Shown here: one piece after another, positions 10,801 to 21,110 of the stretch
Layout of the letters: each line of letters starts with the position of its first letter
How positions within the stretch are numbered: the stretch's first letter is position 1
Program-made: the position numbers and the translations under genes
Notes under the pieces: generated by a model
What the model saw: only the letters and a program-made list of their open reading frames with translations
The model's database searches: none
Told to the model about the DNA's origin: nothing
DNA from: Isurus oxyrinchus
Lineage: Eukaryota
Assembly (NCBI GenBank): GCA_026770705.1
Contig: JANJGN010000021.1
Location: 111,476,001 to 111,540,000 of the forward strand
Direction: 5' to 3'
DNA length: 64,000 nucleotides

Positions 10801-13800
10801 TCACTCCCTCAAGCCTGTTCCACTATTCAGCTGACTGAGGTAAATTCAACGGGGAAGGGAAAGGGAGCCAGGAGGTAATATCAGAGAGGAAACCCAAGGA
10901 GCACAGAAAATTTGGAGGGACAGTTGGCACTAAAATAGGAAATAGCAAGGTGGGGGTGAGAGTAAGAGGGAATGGATTAAAGTCTAAAAGTTTTCGAATA
11001 GAGCTAAAAAGTAGGTGATCAAATTATTTGTACTTACATTCATTAGAAATTCGTGGACCATGCTTAACACCTTGGACAAAATTTCACACTCCCCTGCTGA
11101 AGGGTTTGTAGGCAGTGGCAGGGGGGAGGGTGTGGCTGTGGTTGACCATAAAAACTTTCAGCGGACTTCCCGTTGGGTTTCCATGTACCACAACCGCGCT
11201 GTGATCTTACATTGGTTCAGGTGAGGCCTAGAACAACTGTCCCGCCCTTGCCTCAGTTGAGGCCCTTAAGCAGCCAATTATTGAGCACTTAAGGGCTGTT
11301 TCCCACCCAGCCTCAATTTTCAGGCTGGTGGGAGGAGGTCAGGGGCAGGGGGGAGTCCTGAAAATTAACCCTGTTGAGGCCTCAGATGGGAAGGTAGGGT
11401 GGGGGGGAAGGGGTGGTGCCTCCACAAGCAGCCTCCTTTTAACATTGGGAACCCACTCTCAAAAGCTCCCCCTCCGCTCCCAGCCTCTCAACCAACACTC
11501 CAACCCACCTTTGTCTACCCCCCCAAGGCCTCCCCGCCCTGAGACAACCTGTTCCTGAACTCCTGGGATTGCTTACATTCCCATTTCTGTGCAGCTTTGG
11601 TCGCTGCAGGCACTAGAGAGTGCCGGCCAGTAAGATTGGCCAGCAGCTCTCTGAGCTGGGGCTTCCTCCTGACTGAGAGGCAGAAGTCCCGCCTCCAGCC
11701 AGTTAACGCTCACTGGAGGGGCAGTCAGTGTAATCAGGGACGTGTTTGCTATGGACTTCTCAGATGGCAAGAAGGGAAACTTTAGCTTGCAATAAGGATG
11801 TGAGCCACGGCTTACTGAGTTGGTAACTCTCCTGTCTCTAACTTAAGAAGGTTGAGAACTTAAGCCTCTCTTCAGAGACTTGCACACAAATCCAAGCTGA
11901 CACTCCTAGTGTTGCGCTGTGAAAGGTAGATACATAAACTCATGATAAAAATAAAACAGCTGGTGTTTGTACAGCACCTTTCAACTCCACAGGACATCCC
12001 TAAGCAATGTACAGCCAATTAATTACTTCTCGATGTGTAGCCAAATGGGAAGTTCAAGCTTGGCTTTTGTTTCTGCAGTTTCCCTTTAAGGGGCTGCCCT
12101 TTAATTTGTCCTCTGGTTTGGTTTGAATGAAGGAGTTACAGAGTGTAAATTCATTAAGCAACCTTTTAAGACTCTGAAGAAGAGTCATACGGACTTCAAA
12201 CATTAACTCTGTCTTTCACGCCACAGTTGCTGTTAGATCTGCTGAATTTTTCCAGCATTTCCTGCTTTTGTTTCAGATTTCCAGCATCTGCAGCATTTTG
12301 CTTTTAACCTTTTAATATGGTTTGGCACGTGCTGACTGAAGCCAAATGTTGGCCAGGATACGAGGAGAACTCCCTCCACCAATGCCGCAGGAACAAGAGA
12401 GACGAGATTAATCCCTCATCCTTTAAACGATGGCACCTCTCTGCACTGCCCAAAAGTGAGAGCTTGAATCATGATATTTTTTATTCTTAACAGGGGATGT
12501 GGGCTTTTCTGTCTCTGGTGTCATATGTAGGCCAGATTGGGTAAGGACGGCAGATTTCCTTCCCTTAAGTGAACCAGGTGAGTTTTTACAACAACCATTG
12601 ATAGTTTCAAGGTCACCATCAATGAGACTAGCTTTATATTCCAGATTTATTAATTGAACCTAAATTCCACAGTTGCCATGATGGGAAATGAAGCCGTGTG
12701 CCCGGACCACGAGCCTTGCTACTCAGCACTGGATTACTAGTTCACTGACATTATCACAATACCACCATCGCCCCGTGTGCTGGAGTTCTGTCAGATGAAT
12801 AAAGAGGTATAAAGAGAGACAAGGCTGGAAACTTACCGGCTTTTACATTTAGAGTAACTCCACATCCGCTCCAGTCAGTGCTGAAAGGAAAATAGGTGTT
12901 GGAGCTGCCACAATAATATCTGGCGGAATCTTCCTTTTGAAGATTTCTTATTGTTAGAGAGAACTTCTTGCTGGTCCAGTCCTTTACGCCAGTAAATCGC
13001 TCGGTTACGACAGACGGATAAAGTGCAGTGCTCGAACCTGGGGCCCAATAAAGAATCCACGAGATCATGAGATCCGCCGGCTTTGCAGATCCCCAGATGA
13101 AGTAATAGTTATCCAGATTCCTGGTGGTGAAGCAATTCAACGTCACTGTTTCGTTTTCCCAGCGAGTCAGAGTTATGGGTGATATATAGAGAGTATCGTC
13201 AGCTGCTGCAAGACCTGCAGTAAAATCCACATGCATGAAGACACATGGTCAACAGAGAGCACAGATTTAAGTTAACTGACGAAAGAGAGGCAAGAATTAT
13301 TTCTTTTAACGCAGTGAATTGTTCTGAAATAAAGAAGGACTTGCATTTATATGGCACAATTTAAGACCTCCAGATGCCTTGAAGTACTTTACAACCAGTG
13401 AAGACATAGATAGAAAGAGGGATGAGTTCCTGAAGGCAGAGTTTAGGGAACAAACTAGCAAGCAGGACCTCAAAAGCAGTAATCTCTAGGGCACTCCCAG
13501 TACCAGGTGCTAGTAAATATAGAAATAGGAAGCTAGAAAACCCTGGAACTCCCCCCTAACAGCACTGTGGGCGTACCTATACCACATGGACTGCAACGTT
13601 TCAAGAAGGCAGCTCAGCACCAACTTCTCAAGGGCAATTAGGGATGGGCAATAAATGCTGACCTAGCCAGTGATGCTCATTTCCCGTGAAAGAATTTTAA
13701 AATTCGTAGATGTAGAATATTTTCCTGAACATACTCCAGAAACTCTTGAGCCTTTCTGCCCTTTGAACCATTACTATCCCAGTGTATATTCAGATAATTA

Positions 13801-15074
13801 AAGGTCCCATTATATCTACACTACAATTCTTGCACTTATTTGCTTGGTGATTTGTTCTTTATCTTTCGCACTGGTTAGTAGCCTTTAGAAGCCCAGCAAA
13901 GGTACCTCTATTGTTTCTTAGCTCTGACCAAATAGATTCTGTGTTTGACCCCTTTAGGACATCCTCTCTCTCCAGCAGTGTAAGGCTCTCCTTAATCAAT
14001 ACTGCCACTCCTCCACCTTTCTTTCACTCCTTCCCTATCTTTCCTGAACACACTGTATCCAGTAATATTTAATATCCAGTCCTGTCCTTAATTGAGCCAG
14101 GCCTCCATTATCACCACACCACCATGTTTTTATGTGATAATCTGAGCCTGCAGCTCACCAACCTTATTTACCACACTTCATGCATTCGCATAATGCACAG
14201 TAAACCTGAGATTTTATTCCTTTCCCTCTCACACTGACCCTTACCTAATACCTCACTATTTCCTGTGCTGTCTGTCTTTCTCCGTCTCTCTCTGCACCTT
14301 GGTATTCCTCTCTGATATTACCTCCTGATTCACACACCCCTGCCAAGTTACTTTAACTGCTCCTCAGTGGCACTAGCAAAATCCGTCTGGTGAGCAGGCC
14401 CCATCTCCCAAGAATAGGTCCCAATATATGGTGAGGTGGGACAAGTCACCCAGCAATTTAGAGTAGAATTTCAGAATGGCTACAGCACAAAAGGGGGCCA
14501 TTCAGCCCATCCTTTCCATGTGGGCTCTCTGCAAGAGCAATTTCACTTCTCTCACTACCCTACCTCTTCTCCATTGGGCTTGAATTTTTTCACCTCTTCA
14601 GATAATTATCCAATTCTCTTTCAAAAGCAACAGTATACAATGAATAGCAGAATCCGTCAGGCAAAGTGGGCGAAAGCATCAGTATTCAGGATTAGAGCCC
14701 AGATTGGGACCCACAGCAGCGAGCCACCATTCAACTCATGGTCTTGAACTGGGGAAGAATCACTCAGGTTCCCCCATCTCTGCTCCTCATTCAGTGACTC
14801 CTGTTGGTGGCTATGGAGCTAATACAAGTCATGTCTTTCTGTGGATTACACTAATTGCAAGCCGGCCCTCGCTGTTTATATACACACCCCTTATGATCAC
14901 TTGGAGAAGCCTTGAACTATCACCTTGTTAGAACTGTCGTGCCTTCCAGTTGGTAGAAAAGGAAGAGAAGTTGTGGGGAGGTGGTTGAAGGGAAGAGGAA
15001 AATAGAACAGGATAGCAGTACAAAATGAGCAGCATACCTGTGTGGGTAGCGAGCATGAGCAACACTTGCCACAT
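4533..15074 (-). CDS. UrIg: Non-rearranging Ig-like gene, L-V(J)-C1-C1-C1, probably secreted; UrIg-like. Exons 15074-15038, 13214-12837, 9419-9102, 8034-7714, 4855-4533
   Basis: Five exons join in frame through canonical phase-1 GT-AG junctions (37, 378, 318, 321, 323 nt). The product is a signal peptide MWQVLLMLATHTGLAAA, a V domain and three C1-set domains. The symbol is tentative: it rests on architecture (joined VJ exon, three C domains, no TM) and TRIM/B30.2 neighbours, not on a sequence search. Confidence 0.8.
4937..6860. repeat. Foldback-like composite repeat: two tandem arms (4937-5517, 5518-5960) and one inverted arm (~6280-6860), each with a ~200-bp unique head plus a 38-bp minisatellite
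   Basis: TGGGAGACTCAGTG..TATTGATAGA begins both 4937 and 5519. Bases 6690-6810 (CAGTCAGTGGAATTCA...TGCCCCTTC...AATGTGTT.GACAC) are the reverse complement of ~5590-5700. The 38-bp unit GATGTGTAACAGGCGGTCAATGCACAGATATGAGGTGG appears inverted at 6280-6690. Confidence 0.75.
6930..7570 (+). mobile_element. L2/CR1-superfamily LINE 3' fragment
   Basis: Degenerate ORF2 C-terminus YFHLRN..R.CPCLS...TLVHAFV.S.LDYSN..LAG; related fragments at ~18600-19000 and ~48000-49230. Confidence 0.65.
7714..8034 (-). CDS. C1-set Ig constant domain exon 2
   Basis: ctgtag|AG ... CTG G|gtagga; PPTFEEI ... ATLTCLATGFYPMEISFHW ... NGTYCSQSEL ... WNHGSVYSCEIQH, resembling an IgH CH domain. Confidence 0.93.
8420..8850 (-). 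mobile_element. LINE 3' fragment (same family as 59350 and 60965)
   Basis: Near-identical to the 59350-59780 block (GAGTTCCAGGATTTTGAC...GACAGTGAAGGAAC...GGTGGTGGTGTTCCCATC). Confidence 0.75.
9102..9419 (-). CDS. C1-set Ig constant domain exon 1
   Basis: tttcag|CT ... ACT G|gtaagg; LLCVAENFYPDDLSISW ... NGTYTKISKL ... W ... SCKVSHETL. Confidence 0.93.
9735..10570 (+). mobile_element. CR1-like LINE 3' fragment
   Basis: ORF motif LRRLGLYSLDFRRMGGDLIEAYK.LTGLDRVDAGRLFSL; typical 3' end CCTACTCCTGCTCCTATTCCCTATG. Confidence 0.8.
12170..12305 (+). mobile_element. Solo Penelope terminal fragment beginning at a hammerhead core
   Basis: CTGAAGA-A-GAGTC-ATACG-GACTT-CAAAC; flanked by 10-bp TSD AACCTTTTAA (12160-12169 / 12306-12315). 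Confidence 0.75.
12837..13214 (-). CDS. V-set domain exon with germline-joined J-like G strand
   Basis: Acceptor ctgcag|GT, donor GCC G|gtaagt. Motifs VTLNC, YFIW, RFTG, FSLTIRNLQKEDSARYYC, then GSSNTYFPFSTDW-SGCGVTLNV (equivalent to FGxGTxLxV). No heptamer/nonamer after YYC. Confidence 0.93.
15038..15074 (-). CDS. Leader (signal peptide) exon of the Ig-like gene
   Basis: aaaATG TGG CAA GTG TTG CTC ATG CTC GCT ACC CAC ACA G|gtatgc: hydrophobic MWQVLLMLATHT with a phase-1 donor, completed by GT-LAAA at the start of the V exon, as in Ig/TCR split leaders. Confidence 0.8.
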
Positions 15075-15184
15075 TTTCTGAGCTTTGCAGCTGAGTCCAG
15101 GTGACATGAATTTTCTTTGCAAATGGCGTGTGCTAAGCTGCCCGTACTTAGGTTTGGATCTTAAGCCCGTCTGAGCAGACTGAG

Positions 15185-15362
15185 GGGCATTTGATTGTTT
15201 CTGAGTGGCTCAAAACTGCAGCTGAAAGTAAGACAGGGGACTGCTGAATATTGACCTGCTGTCGTGTACGCTATCCCACAGGCGATTCACTTATTGCAAC
15301 AGTCTAATGTGCAGGTTAATTGTTCACTTATAAAGTAACGGCATAAATAAGCCAAAGTTACC
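15185..15362 (-). promoter_or_regulatory. Putative proximal promoter of the Ig-like gene with liver-type motifs
   Basis: GTTAATTGTTCAC at 15315-15327 (2 mismatches to HNF1 GTTAATNATTAAC), TTATTGCAAC at 15291-15300 (C/EBP-like), GCCAAAGTTA at 15351-15360 (HNF4-like). Motif matches only. Confidence 0.35.
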
Positions 15363-15416
15363 TTGTGCAGCAGATGGAAAGTTTCTTCTAAAACTGGCCC
15401 ATTCATTATATTCTTT

Positions 15417-17386
15417 GGGCAGAATATGGGAGCGTTTGCCGCTTCACGGAGCGTATTATGGGGCTGTGATGACGTTGGGCGCCTTTTCTGATGTCATCAC
15501 ACCGGTTTGCGATAATACGGTACGCGGGTGGGTCAAAAAATCGGAAACCCGCCCGTGTTATTTCAAATTGAAATTGGGGGCGGCAATTAAGATTGTTAAC
15601 AACCCAATTCACTGCTATAATACATTCAGACAGCAATAATACCCCTTTAGGGTGAGAATCACAACCGGTGGGGAATTTGTTTTGTCATAGGCGAGCTTGT
15701 TTGGGCGGGTTTTAAAACTGCAGCTGACACCAGAGTCTCAGCTTTGCAGTTAACACTTCATTGACTGCAGGGACTGCTCGTGTGACTGAGCAGAGGAACC
15801 TTTTCGATACTATTTCATCAGGAGGACTTTCCTCTGGTTCAGAGGGTTCTTTTGATTGATTATTTTCTTGTTTGTTACCCAGGGATGAAATGTCTCGGAG
15901 ACAGATGGCACTGTGGTCTCAGTTGGAGACACATCCTCCAGTGAGGAGGAGAGAAGGATTAAGGGGAGACGGAAGAGGAGAAGGGTGAGAGGAAGAAGGG
16001 AACACAGGGACGCTCAGGATGCTGTGGTTACTCAGGAAGGGGGCAGAGCAGCGCCAGACTCCAAGGTGCAGGAGGAACCCAGAAACCCTCAGTGGAGGCA
16101 CAGACAAATTTATTCTGCCCCCAAATATATACAGACAGAGATTCAGCTACCTGCAACTGAGTGAGGCTCAGTGCAAGAGAAGACTCAGGCTTTCAGGAGT
16201 CACTGTGACATCACTATGTGAGATGCTGACAGGGGAGATCTCATCCAACCACCTGGTGCCTGTCACATTGAAGGTAACAGTGGAGCTTTACTTCTTCACA
16301 ACAGACACATTCCAGGCAGCCTGTGGAGATCTCAGTGGGATAACACAGCCCGCTGTACACCACTGCATCAAGGATGCAATATTCCAAAGGGCTGGGAATT
16401 ACATCTCCTTCACCCAGGATGTCCAAAGTCAAATGGATCGAGCCAATGGCTAGCCTATGCTCATGTGTTGTGAGGTGATCCTTCCAACCATCCTCAGTAT
16501 AACTAGACCTTGCTTGAAATACACACTGGCATGCTCTAGGACAGCTGTGTCCTTGTGGAATCACGCTACCTTTGATGAGCAGTGAACCACAATTACCTCC
16601 TGCATTCGCGAGCAAGGCCTGTTGCCCACTGGACCAACAATGCTCATACTGATGCCGTACACACCCTTGCCGACCTCATGAGGTCATTGAACTTTTTGTA
16701 GCACTGGGACCAAGTCCTTCTCACCACGCCCACACTGCTGACCTCACCTCCTCCCACTCAGCATGGGTCTGACTGGGCTTCCACCTCTTGCCAGCGGTTG
16801 GCATGAGCTGGTCACGTTGATCATAAACTGCTGGTAGAAGGGCACCACAGGGGGCCTCACTGAATCTGGGGGAAGCTTTGCCCCTTCCAGAACGTCTCTC
16901 CCCTTGCTTCGATGCTGCAGACATCTATGCAAGGAAATATGGAATAAATATACAACTCCTGAATGCCAAAAGATGGGAGACTTGCTGATTTTTAACATTT
17001 CTGCCACCTATAAAGATTGACATGGTTGGCAGAGATTAGCTGAAATGTAAATTGACTTACCTGGCCAGACTGGAAAACGCACAAATCTTCACTATGTATA
17101 GCAGATGTACTTGATTAATCATCTGTTGTGTCACCTTTAAAGGGGGCCCTTTAAAATTCTGGCCGTGACCTTGTTGCAGGTCACAGCCTACGACCCCCAA
17201 GACCAGAAACCCCACCCTCCAGCACACACTGGGCAGGATGAAGGCCTCTAACCTGCCCATGTCATGAATGAGCAGCAATTTGCATATTATCGGGCGTGTT
17301 CCGATAGTAGGCCTGGGAGTCAGAATGCCACCAACTTCTGGGTGCATAGGTGCCCTCAATCAGTGCGCCACTATAATATTCAGCCC
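15417..17386. mobile_element. PIF/Harbinger DNA transposon remnant: transposase fragment (+) and Myb/SANT-like ORF (-)
   Basis: TIRs GGGCAGAATAT (15417) and ATATTCAGCCC (to 17386). Plus ORF 16019-16453 YRQRFSYLQLSEAQCKRRLRLS...GDLSGITQPAVHHCI resembles a HARBI1-type N-terminus; minus ORF 16721-16924 PRFSEA..GALL.AV...RD.L...W.EV is Myb/SANT-like. The DDE core is deleted; no clear TSD. Confidence 0.75.
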
Positions 17387-17609
17387 ACTGTGTGTGCTTT
17401 GGAACACATGTGCATTGTCGTTCTTGTTCCATTTTATGCTTGTTCTGATATATAAACATGCATCTATGTGCACAATATTCCAGGGACAGATAAACTCACA
17501 ACTCCAAATGGGACATTATTTGGTACTTAGTTAATTCAACACACCACACTGGTACACTTTGGCTAAGGATAGAACTTAGTCTTGGGATAACAGGCTGACC
17601 ATTCAGGGA

Positions 17610-17992
17610 AGATGGTTGCATAGTGTTAATGTTAGTGGATGAGTAATGCCCACTCTGATGCTCTGGGGACATGAGTTCAAATCTCACCATAGCAGCTGGT
17701 GGAATTTAAATTCAATAAATAAATGTGGAATATAAATTCCAGTAATAATGTTCATGCCAACTATTATCAATTGTCATAAAAACCCATCTGGTTCACTACT
17801 GTCCTTTAGGGAAGGAAATCTGACATCCTTACCTGGTCTGGCCTACATGTGGCTCCAGATTCATAGCAATCTGGTTGACTCTTAACTGCCCTCTGAAATG
17901 ATCTAGCAAGCCACTCATTTCAAGGGCAATTAGGGTTGGGGAACAGATGGCCTTGCCAATAGTACCATTATCCCATGAAAGAACAAAGAAAA
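17610..17992 (+). mobile_element. tRNA-derived SINE with LINE-derived 3' tail
   Basis: B-box GAGTTCAAATCTC; body GGAAGGAAATCTG..TCCTTACCTGGTCTGGCCTACATGT; tail GGGCAATTAGGG.TGGG. Confidence 0.75.
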
Positions 17993-20900
17993 TTCAGGAC
18001 TGAGATGAAAAGGGTTGGAGGGTTGTGAATCTTTGGAATTTGCTACCTTTGGGAGCTGTGGATGTTTGGTCCTTCAGCATACGCAAGGCTCAGATCACTA
18101 GGTTTTGGGGCATTAAAGGGAATCAAGGGATCTGGAGATTAGGCAGGAAATATGAGTTGGGATCAAAGATCAAACATGATCTTAATGTATGGCAGAGCAG
18201 GCTTGAGGGGCAATACAGAATCATAGATGGTATGATTCTGAATCATACAGCACAGAAGGAGAGCATTTAGCCCACTGTCCCTCTGCAAGAACAATTTAGC
18301 TAGTCCCACTCTTTCCCTGTAGCCCTGCAATCTTTCTTCCTTCAGGTGCTTATCCAATTCTTTTTTGAAAGCCATAATTGACTCTGCTTCCACCACCTTT
18401 GGGGTGATACGTTCCAGGTCATAACCACTCCTCTGTAGAAACATTTTTCCTCATGTCGCCTATGGTTTTTTTGAGACCTGCTTACCTGAACTGTGGTGAA
18501 TGCGTCTCAGGCTATGACCAGCATTCTGTAGCCCAGCAGTCTAGGTTGGCATGTGCATAGATGGCCCTGGCTTATAACACTCTTCTGTCTGTACCCTAAC
18601 CCACAGCAAGTCCCTTTCACCCATCACCTCTGTGCTCTCTGACCTACAGTAGCTCCCAAACAAGCAGTGTCTTGATTTTAAAATTCTCTCCCTGTTTGCA
18701 ATCCCTTCATGACCTCACCCCTCTCTATGTCTATCGTCTCCTCCAGCTCTACAGTCTTCACAATATCTGCACTCATCCTATGCTGGCCTCTTGTGCATTC
18801 CTTAATCTTAATCGCTCCACCATTGTGCCCTCAGCTGCCTGGACCCTAAGCTCTTCAATTCCCTCCTTATGCTACTACATAGCTCACCTAGGATCCCTTC
18901 ATCCCAGCTTTTTGCTGTCAAATTTTCTGGGATAACATTGTTGTGAAGCGCCTTTGTCACATTTTCACCACATCAAAACTATTATATACAAAGGAGTTGT
19001 TGTGACATTATGTGGAGCCCTTTTGATAATATTGATTTACCAATAATGATTACTGGCAGAAGTAGAATAGAAGAACGATTGTCTTTTGGTGAGGCAATTG
19101 AGAATAAGGGGCATAAATTTTAATTACAACCAGGCCATTCGGGATAATAGGAAGAACCTCGAGGGTGGATGGAAATCTGGAATTCTCTCCCGCAAAAGGC
19201 TGTGAATGCCGGGGGTCAATTAAAACTTTCAAGAGTGAGACTAATAGATTTTTGATTGCTGAGGGCATCAAAGTATCTGGAGAAAAAGCAGGTAACTAGA
19301 CCAGCCACCATCTTGTAAAATGACTGAAGGTGCTCCCTGGGCTGGATGCTGGCCTACCCCCATACTGCTGTTCACCCCTAGCACAAAACGAGCTGATGCA
19401 GCAAAATTACGTCTCCACCTATCAACATAGCATAGAATAAAAGTGACGCCCTCTGTGAGTGACAACCTTAGTTAATGGTTAATGGGATGGGATCGTTAGG
19501 TGCTCAGATATCATTCTGAATATTTGGCTTTTAACTGACCCACCAGCCAATTCATGGTTTCAGCACAAAGCGTGACGCTGACAAAATGTATGAGCTCAGC
19601 GTTTTTCACATACTTAGATACTATTTCCAAAGAAAATTGCTTTTAGAAACTTGTCATTTGGAAAAAAAAACAACTGACGTAAACAAGCCAGTGCAACGAA
19701 TAGTTGAACGTTGAAGGTCCAACAAAAGATTAGAAAAGTTTGTCGACCTCTGAACTTGGAAAGATAGCGCATAAGCTGCAGAATGGATGTAGGTGATGGG
19801 TGTAGCACAAGCTAGGGGTTCCTTCTACTATCAACAGTCTCCCTGAGTAAGCTCCTGTATTAACAGAACATGTACTCGAGTTTACCCAAGGCATTGTGAA
19901 ATGGAGTTGAATGTACTGCTGACGTCGACATATTTATTATGACCATAAATGCCTTCAAAAGCTTTGTCTATTATGTATCCTTTCAAATAAGTGCCGTTGC
20001 ATGTGTTTATTTGTTAAAGTAGACTTTCATAGAATCATAGAATGGTTACAGCACAGAAAGAGGCCATTTGGCCCACGTGGGTTGTGCTGGCTCTCTGTAA
20101 GAGCAATTCATCTAGTGCCATTCCTTCACCTATCCCCCGGTGCCCTGCAAATGTTTCCTCCTCAGATAATGATCCAATTCTCTTTTGAAATCCAAAATTG
20201 ACCCTGTCTCCACCAGAGCCTCAGGCAGTGCAATCCAGCTCCTAACCACTTACTGCATGAAAAAAGTTTTCCTCATGTTGTCGTTGCTTCCTTGAAGAAT
20301 AAACTTAAAGCAGCGTCCTCTAGTTCTCGACCCTTTCACCCATGGGAACGGTTTCAGATCCTTCATGAATTCGAACACCTTTGTCAAATTCCTCTCAACC
20401 TTCGCTTCTCCAAGAAAAACAATCCCAGCTTCTCCAAGGAACTCTAAAGAACTTGGAGGGATTTTTGAATAGTATTTCATACTCTGAATTCGGTCTTTAA
20501 CTCTTTGATGATTCATTCATTATTGTTAATGAATTATTATTGTTAATTGCATTGCTTTATTAATCATTGTTAACGTAATATGAGGTTAAAGTGATGATCA
20601 AGGTCAAAATACAATTGAGAGTGAAACCTTCAGTCAGTACCAGTTAGATGAGGCTTACCTTGGCTTAAAAATTGGCCACTTTCAGAGGAAGGGTAAATTG
20701 AGAGATACTTACTATTGAAACAGAAAGACACAGAAGAAGACCATTTGGTTCTAACATAACATCCCTGCTCTTGTATTTTGTGCCTTGACGAATATGGGAG
20801 AGTATCCCTTCTGGCTTCTTAACCTCTTTATCGACCTGTTGTGCTACCTTCAGTTATCTATGGATTCCAAGGTCCCTCTGCTCCTCTACACCTCTCACAA

Positions 20901-21110
20901 TCCTGCCATTTATTTGGTACTGTCTTGCTTTGTTGCCCTCCCAAAATGACTTATCTCACATTACATTTGCTACTTTTTCGCCCACCTGAACAGCCCATTG
21001 AGATTGCCTGCAGTCCACATCTTTCTCCCTCACGATCAAGCACAATTGCCCAATTTTATAACCATGCCCCCACCCCCCCCCCACTATGGTTACGTCTAAC
21101 CATTTATCTT

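Noticed and set aside
9420-12900. RSSs or D/J segments for the V exon
   Set aside because: No heptamer-spacer-nonamer was recognised next to V or in the V-C intron; the J-like strand is already within the V exon.
15361-15406. Alternative first coding exon MNGPVLEETFHLLHK|gtaac
   Set aside because: Phase-0 donor, incompatible with the phase-1 V acceptor, and not hydrophobic; at most a non-coding 5' exon.
16019-16453. Domesticated HARBI1 gene or RAG/Transib transposase
   Set aside because: Truncated before the DDE core and enclosed by Harbinger-type TIRs; no RAG1/Transib motifs.
17610-17700. tRNA genes at A/B-box motifs
   Set aside because: They are SINE heads with no complete cloverleaf, and each continues into a shared SINE body.
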